Notes: generated by a model from the letters alone, not told the origin. Positions 1 to 10,902 are shown, counted from the first letter of the stretch. The stretch is DNA of 64,000 nt from an uncultured Gemmatimonadales bacterium (GCA_963730185.1 CAVSQW010000014.1:64001-128000); one strand, 5' to 3'. Translations and numbers: made by a program.

Positions 1-2
1 GA

Positions 3-1111
3 CTCATGATCCGGAGCCTGGTCCGGCTGGGACGGGTCGATCCGGGATTCGGCACGGATCATGTCTGGACGGTGCCGCTTTCGCTCCCGCCGGCCCGCTA
101 TCCGAGCGAGCGACAGACGGCCCAGGGGTACGATCGCCTGATCGGACGGGTGCGGTCGATCCCAGGCGTGGTGGCCGTCGGGGGCACCAGCGTGCCGCCC
201 TTCGGCGACCTCAATCTGGTGAACGACGTCACCCCGGAGGAGCGGGCCACCGAGGTCCGTGAGTCGGGCTACCTCCGCGCGGGCTGGCGGATCGTGACGA
301 CGGGATACTTCGAGGCGGCCGGGATCCCCCTGCTTCGGGGGCGCCGGTTCACCGACGCGGATCACGAAGGGCAGCCCGAGGTCGCGGTCATAACCCGGAC
401 GCTGGCCGAGCGGCTCTGGCCGGGCCGGGACCCGATCGGCCGCCGTCTCTACTGGGGGGCACCACCGGGGCGCTTCGGACCGTGGTCGGCGTCGTCGGCG
501 ACATTCGCGACCTCGATCTGGAGGCCGACCCACCGCCGGTTCTCTTCCTCTCGGCCGACCAGGTGGTCTGGTCCGATCTGACCCTGCTGGTGCGGGCGGC
601 TGGCTCCACCGATCTCGCCCAGCCGATCCGGGAGGCCGTCTGGGCGGTCGATCCCAGCCTGCCGGTTCCCGATGTTCGGCGCGTGGCCGACCGGCGATCG
701 GCGGCCCTGGCCGAGCCGCGGTTCGGGACCGCCCTCGTCGCCGGGTTCGCGGCGCTTTCCCTGGTCCTGGCCACCGTGGGGCTCTATGGGGTGCTCGCCT
801 TCGCCGTGGTGCGGCGGAGCCGCGAGATCGGAGTCCGGCTCGCCCTCGGCGCTCGACCGGGCGCCGTGATGGCGATGCTGGTTCGGCGGGGCATGGTCGT
901 GACCGCGATCGGGATGGCCGTCGGCCTCGCGGCCGCGCTGGCGCTCACCCGTTTCCTGGAGGAAGCGCTCTACCAGACGCCCGGGACGGACCCGTTGACC
1001 TACCTCGTCGTGGTCGCCCTCTTCGGCGCGGTCTCGCTCCTCGCCACCTGGCTCCCGGCTCGGCGGGCGATGGCGGTCAATCCGGTGGAGGCACTCCGGA
1101 GCGGGGACTGA
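3..1111 (+). CDS. ABC transporter permease (MacB/FtsX-like, ADOP type), 5'-truncated by window, apparent frameshift at G-run 454-459
   Basis: ORFs 6..581 and 482..1111 join if one G is added at 454-459 (YWGGTTGALRTVVGVVGD). Motifs 'GIPLLRGRRF', 'GLYGVLAFAVVRRSREIGVRLALGA', 'PARRAMAVNPVEALR'. Confidence 0.9.
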
Positions 1112-1172
1112 CCGCCCTGGGGATCGCGACGGATTGCCTTGGCGGTCGGCCCTCCTCCATCTTATCGGTGCC

Positions 1173-1835
1173 ATGACCGAGCGCCGATTTTCCGAGGACG
1201 AGGCCGCCGAGATTTTCGCCCGGGCGGCCGAGGCCGAGCAGCCCGGCCGGTCGCCGACCGCGCCTCGCGAGGGGATGACCCTGGCCCAGCTTCAGGACAT
1301 CGGGCAGGAGGTGGGCATCGCTCCGGATCTGGTGGCCCGGGCTGCCCGTTCGGTGGCTCTGGCGCCTCGGCCTCCGCGGACGTTTCTGGGCCTCCCGATC
1401 GGCGTGGGCCGGACGGTCGACCTGGGCCGCCGCTTCAGCGACGAGGATTGGGAACGGCTGGTGATCGACCTTCGGGAGACGTTCGATGCCCGAGGCACGG
1501 TCCGAACCGACGGATCGCTCCGCCAATGGACCAACGGTAACCTCCAGGCGTTGCTGGAGCCGACCGCTACCGGACACCGGCTCAGGCTGAAAACCACAAA
1601 CGGGGCTGCCGCCGTCTGGATGCGGACGGGTCTCATGATGTCGGGCTTCTCCGCCTTGCTGGCGGGGGTGGCGTTGATCGGCAGCCAAGCCGCCGGACGC
1701 CTGACCGGAGCCGGATTTCTGGCGGTCGTCGGGGTCGGGATGTTCGTAGCCGGCGCCCTCCGTCTCCCGGGTTGGGCCAAGCGGCGGCAGCAGCAGATGG
1801 ACGCGCTGGCCGACCGGCACGCGATAAATCCTTGA
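1173..1835 (+). CDS. hypothetical membrane protein
   Basis: MTERRFSEDEAAEIFARAAE...GMTLAQLQDIGQEVGI N-terminus; two C-terminal hydrophobic helices. Confidence 0.7.
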   Translation: MTERRFSEDEAAEIFARAAEAEQPGRSPTAPREGMTLAQLQDIGQEVGIAPDLVARAARSVALAPRPPRTFLGLPIGVGRTVDLGRRFSDEDWERLVIDLRETFDARGTVRTDGSLRQWTNGNLQALLEPTATGHRLRLKTTNGAAAVWMRTGLMMSGFSALLAGVALIGSQAAGRLTGAGFLAVVGVGMFVAGALRLPGWAKRRQQQMDALADRHAINP

Positions 1836-1877
1836 CCCGCGGTAGGTTGGCGGAGGCGGGTGACCGTCGGCGCCGGG

Positions 1878-2333
1878 TCAGTCACGGCGGTCGCGTTGAT
1901 TCGGGAGCCCCATGATCGTCGCCTGCATGGCCGCGATCGTCCGCTCGCCGCCGGCCGATCGAGCGACCATTTCGGCGGTACACACCGATAACGTCCGGCC
2001 GGCCCGGAGTACCCGGGCGGTGGCGACGAACTCCGTTCCAGCCGCCGGGGCCAGCAGATTGATCTTGTACTCGACCGTGAGGACCGCCATGCCTTCAGGC
2101 ATCATCGAGTAGGCCGCGTACCCGCAGGCGCTGTCGAGGGCCGCGCCCACGACGCCGGCATGGAGGTACCCATGCTGCTGGGTGAGGTCGTCGCGGAAGG
2201 GAAGCCGAATCGAGACCCGGCCCGGCTCGACCGAGAGCAGCGTCGCGCCGATTGTCTCCATGTAACGCTGACGCTCGAATGACGACCGAATCCGACCGGC
2301 GGTGTCAGCGCCCCCAGTGTCGTTACCTGCCAT
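1878..2333 (-). CDS. PaaI-family hotdog thioesterase
   Basis: 'QQHGYLHAGVVGAALDSACG', 'LTVEYKINLLAPA', 'LRAGRTLSV'. Confidence 0.9.
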   Translation of the reverse strand: MAGNDTGGADTAGRIRSSFERQRYMETIGATLLSVEPGRVSIRLPFRDDLTQQHGYLHAGVVGAALDSACGYAAYSMMPEGMAVLTVEYKINLLAPAAGTEFVATARVLRAGRTLSVCTAEMVARSAGGERTIAAMQATIMGLPNQRDRRD

Positions 2334-3357
2334 GGATCGCTCTGGAGTGCTCGCTGCTGGATCCCGACACCAGCTCGTGGATCGCCGCGACGACGAAGGC
2401 TGGATCTTCCAGGTGAATGTTGTGCCCCGATTGGGGAGCAAACCGGACCCGGCCCCGGCTCGACAGCGCGGCGAGGTCGGCCTGCAGCGCCTTCCGCTCC
2501 CGCTCGAGGCTGTCGGCCGGGATGCTCATTCCATCCGGGTAGCCGCCGGTCGTCCGGCCGAGGACGATCAGCGGCAGCGAGTCGAGGGTGGCGCGATTGG
2601 CGAGGCGCTCCTGGTGCATCCGGGCGAGTTCTTCGGGCGACCAGTCAAGCTCGGCTCGAGTGGCCAGTTGCAGGAGCGGCTGTCCTTCGGCCCAGCGCCA
2701 GCTCTCCTTCGCGCCGGCCGGCAATCGGTCGAGCGGTGGCTCGAGCGGCTCCGCCTCGGCCGGCGGTGCGGCGGCGGCCATCGCCTGGGCCGAGTCGATC
2801 AAAGCGACGTCGAGCCCGATCCGCGGCTCGGGAAACGGTCGGCCGGTTGCCCCGTCGCGAATCCGGTGGACATCGCCACCGTAGACGACCCGCTGGTCCT
2901 CGTGGACCGCGTCGACCAGCACCATCCCGGCCACCTCGCCCCGGTAGCGTCGGGCAAATCCCCGCACCACGAGCCCGCCGTATGACTGGCCGACGAGCAG
3001 AAACGGCCCGGCAACCCCCGCCCGGGACAGTGCGGTGTGGAGTTCGAGAGCCAGCTGGTCGAAGGTCCGCGGCCGGGTGCCGGGCTCGCTCCAGGCATAG
3101 CCGCCCCGATCGTAGCTGCAGACCCGGGTGAATCCGGCCACTTCGCCCTGCACCAGCGCCCAGATCGCGGCGACGTCGCCGGTCCCGGCTTCGAGCAGCA
3201 CGGTTGGGCGGCCCCGCCCGCGGCAGTCGAGGTGGAGCCGCTGGCCGCCGAGGTCGATCAGGGCGCCGGACGGGACCGGCGCGCCGCCTCCCCGCCGACA
3301 GCCGAGGGCCAGCAGCGAAACTGTCATCTGAGAAGCCAACCGGACGATTCGATTCAT
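2323..3357 (-). CDS. secreted alpha/beta hydrolase
   Basis: 'RVCSYDRGGYAWS', nucleophile motif GQSYG, 'SGHNIH'; possible lipobox LALGC. Confidence 0.85.
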   Translation of the reverse strand: MNRIVRLASQMTVSLLALGCRRGGGAPVPSGALIDLGGQRLHLDCRGRGRPTVLLEAGTGDVAAIWALVQGEVAGFTRVCSYDRGGYAWSEPGTRPRTFDQLALELHTALSRAGVAGPFLLVGQSYGGLVVRGFARRYRGEVAGMVLVDAVHEDQRVVYGGDVHRIRDGATGRPFPEPRIGLDVALIDSAQAMAAAAPPAEAEPLEPPLDRLPAGAKESWRWAEGQPLLQLATRAELDWSPEELARMHQERLANRATLDSLPLIVLGRTTGGYPDGMSIPADSLERERKALQADLAALSSRGRVRFAPQSGHNIHLEDPAFVVAAIHELVSGSSSEHSRAIHGR

Positions 3358-3606
3358 GCAGGCCCTACGGACCGGCGGGGGCCAGGTTGCGGCGGTGGGC
3401 CCCTGGCCCTGACCCACCTCGTGTCCTAACGTGGCGCCAGGCCGAGTTGCCAATCGTCAGCTGCTCGAGTCGGTGGCACTGCTCTCGACCGCCCTCGATG
3501 GGGGTTTGCGGGAGATCCGGGGCGGGTAGACACAGGAGCCGTGGTCGGGATATTCGCCTGCCGGTCGAGAGTCCGGTCTGCCCGGAGGCGTCCTCACCAG
3601 GATCCG

Positions 3607-6370
3607 ATGAGCCGATTCGGCCGCGTCCTTCGCGCCGCTTCGACCGACGCAGCCGGGGTGGCAACGGCCGGTGACTGGTCGCTGGGGCCGGCCGAGGGAC
3701 GGAACACGGTGGTGGCCACCGTCGCCGGACTCGCCCGCAACACGGTCATGGTGCCGCCGCCGGAGCCGATGGTGGAAGTCGCTACCACCACCGGAACGAG
3801 CACGGCGGTCGCGCCGAAGCGGACGGGCGGCCCGGATCGCCGTTTGACGGCCTCACGGTCGTGGTGCCCGCGTCCGCCGTGACCGGTAGCGCCGACTTCG
3901 CCCTCTCGACCCGGTCGAGCCTCGGCGTGTCGCTGCCCGAACCGACTTCCTCCGCCAGTGCCATCCGCGCGCCCGCTCCGGCCCCGACCGCGGCCCTGGC
4001 AGTCGCCCCGGTTTCGCCCCTGCTCCCGCTGCTGACCCTGCAGGTGACGGGGCCCCAGATGGCGAGCCAGGACGTGGCGATCACCCGTCACCACCCGGCT
4101 GTTCGACTGGCACCTTCACGCCGCCGTCGGCGGGGCGCCCGCGGCGGGCGGCCAGGTCAGCTATACCCTCACCCTGGCGGTGTTTTCGATCGCGCCGGCG
4201 AATGCCCCGTTCAACCAAGTGGCCTCCGTCCCGTACGTCTCGCCCTTCCGGTTCGGGGTGAACACCTTCGAGTTCGCCGACTTCTCGACCGCGATCGCCA
4301 CCCGGAACGACGCCGGAATGGTGATCGCGGCCTACGGCGCCTACTCGATCGTGAGCCAGGGCATCTACGACACCAACAGCCGGGCCCTCGGCGTTCCGGC
4401 GAGCAACTCCCGCAACATCATGCTCACGTCCGGCCTGAGTAAGGACTTCGCGGCGTGGATCGGCCCCCAGGCCGGGGCCCGGATCGCCTCCTACTACGCG
4501 GCCGATCCCGCGGGGTACATGAGCGGGATGGGGAATGCGCTCTACTACTCGCTGGTGGGGCAGCAATACCCGACGCCGCTGCTGCTGACCGACGGCCAGC
4601 ATATCCGGATGGTGCTGGTGACGGAGTGGTCGCCAGGCGGCTCGTATTTCGGAGTCTACGACCCGGCGGTCCTCGGCCCGAATAGGCTCGGGTGGACTAC
4701 GGCCGGGATGACGCCGTACCATGACCCCTACGACCCGACGATCGTCTATACCATTCCCTACACCCATCAGGACATGAGCGCGGCCCTGTGGTACGCCTCC
4801 TATACGGGACTCCAGGAGACTCTTCTGCCGCCGACCCAGCCGGAGCCGTACTCCGCCGTCTGGCCGGTCAGCCACATCCGCTCCTGGGACGTGATCCACT
4901 CCCAGCCGAACCGTTACGTCAGCCCCGATACCATCTTCATGGTGGGCGACACGACCCGGATCTGGTACTCGATGCCGCAGTACCGGTTCGCGCCGCAGAG
5001 CACCCTGCCCATGGGCACGGATGGGCTCCAGGGCGCCGACGTGTACCAGTGGACCGGTACCCGATGGCTGCCTAACGTCAATCTGTGGGGATCCAGCACC
5101 TTCCTCGACGTCGCGACGCAGGGGACCGGCGGCCGCTCGCTGGCGATGAACCTCGGCGTCAGTCTCTGGATGTTCGAGGGAGGCGGCACCTGGAAATCGT
5201 GGCTGGCCTTCCAGCGGATCGACGTGGTCAAGTTCGCCGTTGACGTCGATGCCGCGGTGGTCGGAGCCCAGGCGACGGCGTTCTCGGTGACCCAGCCGGG
5301 CGGGCCGGCCCTGCCGACGGATGCCCGCTACCGGTGGGATTTTGGTGACGGGACCGCGGTGGTCACGGTGGCGGCCCCCGGGACGGTGACCCATACCTTC
5401 CCCGGTGCCGGACCGTACCAGGTGACCCTCGACATTCTCCATGCGTCGGACCCACTCGCGGTCCTGGCCCGGGTGGTCACGACCTATCAGCCGCCAGTCA
5501 CCCGGATCACGCCCCGCGACACCTCCTTCTTCACCGATTCTCTGGCGACCTTCGCCGTCGTCAACGGAGGCACCCATCCGCCGACCGCCGTTTATCACTG
5601 GACGTTCACGGAAGGTGGGGTGACCGATGTCGTCGACCTGGTCGGTGACACCACGGCGGCCTATACCTTTACCCGCCCGGGCACTTACGCCGTCGTGGTC
5701 GAAGTCACCGACGCCTTGGGCGCGCCGCTCGGGCGCGACAGCACCAGTGCCATGGTCGATGATGCTCTCCCGGCCTGGATCTTCACCTCGCTCTACGTCC
5801 AGTTCAACACCCAGTTCACCACGCCGGTTGCCAGATTCGACCAGCAGATCTGCTATCAGTGCTGGAGAACCGACAGCCTCATGTGGGTCCGGATTCAGAG
5901 CGGTGCGAACGAAGCGGGACTGGTCCACCTCCCCGTCGCCACGGCCACCGGTCGGAAGGGGCTTGACTTGCTCGAGGGGACGAAGATCACCCGGGCCCGG
6001 CTCGCGACCAACTGGATCTCGCTCGGCAGGATTGAGCGGAACCCCGCCCGCCGCCGGGATGATCACCAACCACTGGGTGATCGAATCCCACCAGCCGTTC
6101 CGGCTGAGCCAGGCGGACGGGACGCTCAACGAGTTCTACTCGGAGTCCGGCAGCGTGACCGACGGCTCGATCACCGGTACGAGCTGGCAGGTGGCGAACC
6201 CCAACCTCGGCTTCCCGCACAACCTCCGGCAGGCCGACGTCACCTTCACCGGCGACACCGCCACCGGGACGATGACCTACGTCTACCGCCTCGTTCTCAA
6301 CGGACCCGGCAACGTGGAGACCTGGCGCAGCGTGGCGACGATCACCTTCACCGCGCAGCGGGTCCGGTAG
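3607..6370 (+). CDS. large extracellular Ig/PKD-domain protein, split by about three single-base frameshifts (about 3790-3830, 4084-4086, 6042-6045); start uncertain
   Basis: Ig-like 'TDAAGVATAGDWSLGPAEGRNTVVATVAGL'; PKD motifs 'YRWDFGDGT...HTFPGAGPYQVTL' and 'YHWTF...YTFTRPGTYAVVVEVTD'. Stitched from ORFs 3541.., 3861.., 4180.. and 5627..6370. Confidence 0.6.
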
Positions 6371-6505
6371 CTTCGTCCCGGACCTCGGCAGGGGGGCGGT
6401 CCCGCCATCCGGCAACTCGCCCCCGGATTCCGGCCGTTCGCCACAAATCCTTGATCCGCAGTAGGTTGGCGGAAACTCCCCCGGCGGGCGGATCGTCGTC
6501 CCTGC

Positions 6506-8341
6506 ATGCGAATCTCACTCCTGCCGACCGCCTTGACCGCGCTCCTGGCCGGCTGCGGCCCCGGCTCGCCGTCCTCGACATCCCCTGGTCCGACCGCGAT
6601 GTATCGGGGCGATCCGACCCACTCCGGCGTCTACGAGGCCACCCCTGGAGCCGAGCTGATCGGGCTCCAGTGGCGGTTCGAGACCGGCGGCGGGGTCGTC
6701 TCCTCTCCCGCCGTGCTGGGCGACACGGTCTGGATCGGAAGCGGCAGCGGTTGGCTCTATGCGCTCGACCGGCGGACCGGGCGGCCGCGATGGAAGGTGG
6801 ACCTGGGGAGTCCGGTCGCCTCGTCCCCGGCGGTCGGCGGAGGCCGGGTGATCGTCGGCACCAGGGACGGTCGCTTCTTCGCCGTTCGGTCCGGTGACGG
6901 GAGCCGGATCTGGTCGTTCGACACCGGTCCGGATCGGCCCTTCCCTTGGGGGCGGGAGAGCGGCGACCAGTGGATCGCGTCGGCGGTGCTGAGCGGCGAC
7001 CTGGCGGTGATGGGCGCCGGTGACGGTAAAGTCTACGGGGTCGACGCCGCGACGGGCTCCCGCCGGTGGTCGGCCGAGACGGAGGGACGGATCAGGAGCA
7101 CGCCGGCGATCGCCGGCGGGAGGGTCTTCGTCGGATCGGCCGACGGGTGGCTCTATGCCTTCGACCTGGCGACCGGACGCCGGCTCTGGCGGTTCGAGAC
7201 CCTGGGGGCGTCGCTCGAGAGCGGCAACTTCGGCTTCGACCGGCGCACCATCCAGAGCTCGCCGGCGGTGGCCGGCGGCACGGTCTACTTCGGCGCCCGC
7301 GACGGCCTCGTCTACGCCGTCGCGGCCGACTCGGGCGGGCTCCGTTGGAAGTACGATCAGAAGGTGTCGTGGATCAACACCTCACCGGCGGTCGACGGCG
7401 GGGTGCTCTACGACGGGAGCTCCGACGCCCAGTTCGTCCAGGCGCTCGACACCGAGACCGGTCGCGAGCTCTGGCGCACCCCGGCCGGCGTTACCTGGTC
7501 GTCGCCCGCCCTCGCGCGGGGGCTGCTGTTCATCGGCGACGGCGAAGGGCGGCTTCGCGCCCTCGATCGCACCACCGGCGCGATCCGTTGGACCTTCCAG
7601 ACCGAAGGCGGGATCTTCGGCGCGCCGGTGCCCACCGGGGATCTGGTGATCGTCGGGAGCCTGGACGGCGGCGTCTACGCCCTCCGGACCGGCGCCACGC
7701 CGGTGGACCGGGTGGTCTTCGCCGACACGTCGGGCTGGCGGAAGCCGGCGCCGGGGACCCGGGCCCTGATCGTGAGTCTGGTCGCCCGGGGATATCGGCC
7801 GGTGGGTGGGGACTCGCTCGCGGCGTTTCTCGAAGCTCGGGTCGCCGATCGGGCGCCGAGCGTGGTGGTCGTGGCCACCTACGACTTGCCGGCGAACGTG
7901 GTCACGGAGCCGCTCGCCGAGTCGGTTCTCCGGCGCTACCTCGACGCTGGCGGCAAGGTGGTGTGGCCCAATCGCTATCCGCCGCTCCTCATCCCCCGCG
8001 ACCTGGCCACCGGCAAGCTGGCCGGCGGGTTGGAGGCGTTCCACTGGGACCGTCCGGGCCGGTTGCTCGGGATGGACATGGCCGGCGGGATCTTCGATCG
8101 ACGCATGGTGGCCGCCACCGCGGAGGGTGAGCGCTGGGGCGTCTCGGGCCACTGGCTCGACACTTGGGGCATCGCGCCCGCCGAGGTGACCGAGGTCCTC
8201 GGCCGCGACGACTGGGGGCTGGCGGCCACCTGGGTCAAGTCGTTCGGCGGTGCGCCGGGGACGGGGTGGGTCCGCTCGCCGTTGGACGATCCGGCCACCG
8301 CCTATCGGATGGCCGAGTACCGGCCGGAAGGCGAGCGTTAG
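6506..8341 (+). CDS. PQQ-like beta-propeller repeat lipoprotein with extra C-terminal domain
   Basis: Lipobox LLAGC; repeated 'SSPAV..G.V..GS.DG.LYA.D..TG...W' units. Confidence 0.85.
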   Translation: MRISLLPTALTALLAGCGPGSPSSTSPGPTAMYRGDPTHSGVYEATPGAELIGLQWRFETGGGVVSSPAVLGDTVWIGSGSGWLYALDRRTGRPRWKVDLGSPVASSPAVGGGRVIVGTRDGRFFAVRSGDGSRIWSFDTGPDRPFPWGRESGDQWIASAVLSGDLAVMGAGDGKVYGVDAATGSRRWSAETEGRIRSTPAIAGGRVFVGSADGWLYAFDLATGRRLWRFETLGASLESGNFGFDRRTIQSSPAVAGGTVYFGARDGLVYAVAADSGGLRWKYDQKVSWINTSPAVDGGVLYDGSSDAQFVQALDTETGRELWRTPAGVTWSSPALARGLLFIGDGEGRLRALDRTTGAIRWTFQTEGGIFGAPVPTGDLVIVGSLDGGVYALRTGATPVDRVVFADTSGWRKPAPGTRALIVSLVARGYRPVGGDSLAAFLEARVADRAPSVVVVATYDLPANVVTEPLAESVLRRYLDAGGKVVWPNRYPPLLIPRDLATGKLAGGLEAFHWDRPGRLLGMDMAGGIFDRRMVAATAEGERWGVSGHWLDTWGIAPAEVTEVLGRDDWGLAATWVKSFGGAPGTGWVRSPLDDPATAYRMAEYRPEGER

Positions 8342-9177
8342 GCATCCGCCCGCCGTCCGGCGATCGCCCGTTCCAGGAACTGCCGACGGCCCCGGGCCAC
8401 CCGGAGCCGGGTGCCGGTGTCCAGCTCCACGGCCCAGTCGCCATGGCGGGTGGGGACCACCGCGCTGACCCGGGCGATCGCCACGATCGCCGATCGGTGG
8501 ATCCGCACGAACCGCTCGGGGTCGAGCCGGGCCTCGAGGTCGGCGAGCCGCTCCCGAACCCGGTGCACCTCGCCCCGGGTGTGGACCCGGACGTAGTTGT
8601 CGTCGGCCTCGAGGTGATCGATCTCCGCCACCGGCAGGAGCCGCACGGCGTCGCCGATCCGGAGCGGGAGCCGGTCGGGAAGGGATCCGGCCGGGTCTCC
8701 GGCTGGCCGGCGGAGCTCGAGCCACTGCCCGATCAGCACGATGGTGCCGTAGACGATCAGAGCGAACGGGCCGTAGAAGGTCACCCCGTCCAGCAGGTCG
8801 CGCCCCAGCCCCGGCAGTTCCAGCCTGCCGGGGCCGGCGTGTCCCGGAATCCGGATCAGCAGGTTGATCGCCACCACGAAACCCGCGCCGAGGACGAGGT
8901 GCAGGGCCGCGTGGCGCCAGGCTCGCCCACCGCGGAGGGGCCACCGCGCGACTGAGCGGATGATCGCGGGCGTCGCGGCCGCCCAGCACGCCAGGAGAAC
9001 CAGCTTGGCGGCCAGGTCGGGCCAGATCGGGGCGGCCGAATGCCGGAGGCCCCGTAGCACGAACGCTTGGGCGATGACCACCCCGGCGATCCCGGTCCAG
9101 ATCAGCGTGCTGGCCCGGGCCAGTCGTCTCCCGCCCGCCGTCGTCGGGGCGGGGCGGGTGGCGGTCAGGGCGCGCAT
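8338..9177 (-). CDS. membrane-anchored LytTR DNA-binding protein
   Basis: About 4 TM helices, then LytTR motifs 'HLEADDNYVRVH', 'LDPERFVRIHRSAIV', 'LRVARGR'. Confidence 0.85.
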   Translation of the reverse strand: MRALTATRPAPTTAGGRRLARASTLIWTGIAGVVIAQAFVLRGLRHSAAPIWPDLAAKLVLLACWAAATPAIIRSVARWPLRGGRAWRHAALHLVLGAGFVVAINLLIRIPGHAGPGRLELPGLGRDLLDGVTFYGPFALIVYGTIVLIGQWLELRRPAGDPAGSLPDRLPLRIGDAVRLLPVAEIDHLEADDNYVRVHTRGEVHRVRERLADLEARLDPERFVRIHRSAIVAIARVSAVVPTRHGDWAVELDTGTRLRVARGRRQFLERAIAGRRADA

Positions 9178-9323
9178 GGCCGGGGCGCGGGTGGGCGGGG
9201 CTCGATCATCGACCGAACACTATCCGGTGCCGGCGGTCGGGCAAGGCGCCGAGCCGGTGGTCCGGCCCGGCTTTACGATCCGGCTCCGCGACGTGGCCCG
9301 GGGCCGGCCGTCGAAGCTCCGAC

Positions 9324-10886
9324 TCACCGGCGGAGCGAGAAGGTGGGCGAAAACGGTCCGATCGGGGTCCGGACCCACCAGTCGCCGGTCCTGGCCCGCT
9401 CGGCGAGGGTGGTAAACCGGTAGTCGTAGCGGGTCGCCCGGATTGCCCGCGGTGGATGGTCGGGAAAGGGGTTGCCCGCCAGCAGTCCCAGCACCGACGG
9501 CGAGCCCTCGAGCAGGCGCGCCATCAAGGACGGGAACCAGGAGGTGCCCCGGTAGCCCGCCAGGGCCGCGAACCACATCTGCCAGTCGAGCCGGGGCTGA
9601 TAGGGCTCGACGAAGGCCGGCCTCCGGGCCGGGTCGCCGGGCTGGTAGCGGAACGGATAGGGCCTCCAGGTCTCGCCGCCGTCGTCGCTCCCCTCGATCA
9701 CGATCTCCTCGCGGGTGGTGGTCATGACCCGGAAGAGACCGTAGGTGTTCACGCTCCGGAGCGGGTCCACCAGGGCCAGTGGCGCGCTCCGGCCGACGGG
9801 CGGGACGAAGGTCCCGATCAAGGTGAGCGTGCCAAGCCCCAGGAGCCCCAGGCCGAGGCCCGCCGCCCACCAGGTTTGCGGGGCCGGTTCTGGTCCGGGG
9901 CCGGGGGCAAGCCTCGTGGTGAGGCGCCGGGGCAGGATCCTGCGCCAGGCGTCGTCGTCGAGGAGCGTCGCCGCGAGGGCCACGGTGAGCAGGTTGAAGA
10001 ACGCGAAGTTGCCGGTTCCGACTATCAGCGCCTGCAGGAACACGATCCCGACGAAGGCCAGCCGTCGCCCGACCGGGCCGAGCCAGATCAGCAGCGGCGC
10101 CCCGAGCTCGAGCGCGAGGGTTCCCGCCACCGACCAGCGCCTGAGCCACTCCGGCGTGTGGGCGGCGTACCAGGCCGTCCAGGTCGGGAGCGGCTGGGTG
10201 AAGAAGTGGAAGTCGAGCGCCGTCAGATGCCGCCAGGTCGGATCGCCGCTGGTGAGCTTCACCGCCCCGGACTCGAACATTAGCCGAAAGACCAGCCACC
10301 AGACCAACAGCATCGCGAGGGCCGGCGGCTCGGTCTGGCGGAGGCGGGGGCGCACCCTGCCGGGCGCCAGGAGAACAGCCAGCATGCCGGCCTCGAGGAG
10401 CAGGGCATCCCACTGGAACGCCAGGAAGTCCTGGCCGACCACGACCAACGAGAGATAGAGGACCCAGAGGAGCGCGAGGGTCGCGGCCGGCCAGAGGTCG
10501 AGCACCAGGAGGATCGAGAGGACGGCGCCGGCGCCGGTGGCGAGGCGAAGCGCCGTCGCGCCGCTCCCGAGCCAGAATACGGTGGGGAGGTAGTAGTAGG
10601 CCCGGGCCCCCAGCTGTTGGTGGGCGGCGCGCAGGTAGTCGCCGGCGGGGAGGATGCCGTCCGGGCCGATCAGGCCCCGAACCTGAACCGCCAGCGAGAC
10701 GAACGCGACGAGGTAGACCAAGCCGAGCGCCCGGAGGAAGACCCATCGCCCGAGGGCGTATCGGCGGCCCGCGGTCTGGCTCGTGGCCCGGCCCGCGAGC
10801 CGGGCGACCCGGCCCGCGAGCCGGGCGACCCGTCCCGCGAGCCGGGCGACCCGGCCCGGCCAAGGCTCGACTACGGGGAGCGGCAC
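9324..10886 (-). CDS. lipase maturation factor (LMF) family membrane protein; start uncertain
   Basis: 'FLRALGLVYLVAF', 'FQWDALLLEAG', 'FRLMFESGAVKL', 'TQPLP', 'PYQPRLDWQMWFAAL'. Confidence 0.88.
   Translation of the reverse strand: MPLPVVEPWPGRVARLAGRVARLAGRVARLAGRATSQTAGRRYALGRWVFLRALGLVYLVAFVSLAVQVRGLIGPDGILPAGDYLRAAHQQLGARAYYYLPTVFWLGSGATALRLATGAGAVLSILLVLDLWPAATLALLWVLYLSLVVVGQDFLAFQWDALLLEAGMLAVLLAPGRVRPRLRQTEPPALAMLLVWWLVFRLMFESGAVKLTSGDPTWRHLTALDFHFFTQPLPTWTAWYAAHTPEWLRRWSVAGTLALELGAPLLIWLGPVGRRLAFVGIVFLQALIVGTGNFAFFNLLTVALAATLLDDDAWRRILPRRLTTRLAPGPGPEPAPQTWWAAGLGLGLLGLGTLTLIGTFVPPVGRSAPLALVDPLRSVNTYGLFRVMTTTREEIVIEGSDDGGETWRPYPFRYQPGDPARRPAFVEPYQPRLDWQMWFAALAGYRGTSWFPSLMARLLEGSPSVLGLLAGNPFPDHPPRAIRATRYDYRFTTLAERARTGDWWVRTPIGPFSPTFSLRR
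10787..10858. repeat. 21-bp tandem repeat, about 3.4 copies (encodes GRVARLA repeats in the LMF N-terminus)
   Basis: CCCGGCCCGCGAGCCGGGCGA at 10787, 10808 and 10829 (1 mismatch), plus a partial copy. Confidence 0.9.
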
Positions 10887-10902
10887 CAGGCGATGCCTCG
10901 GC

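Noticed and set aside
1825..6472. Integron attC sites
   Set aside because: No RYYYAAC/GTTRRRY pairing or attC-like hairpin, and no integron integrase.
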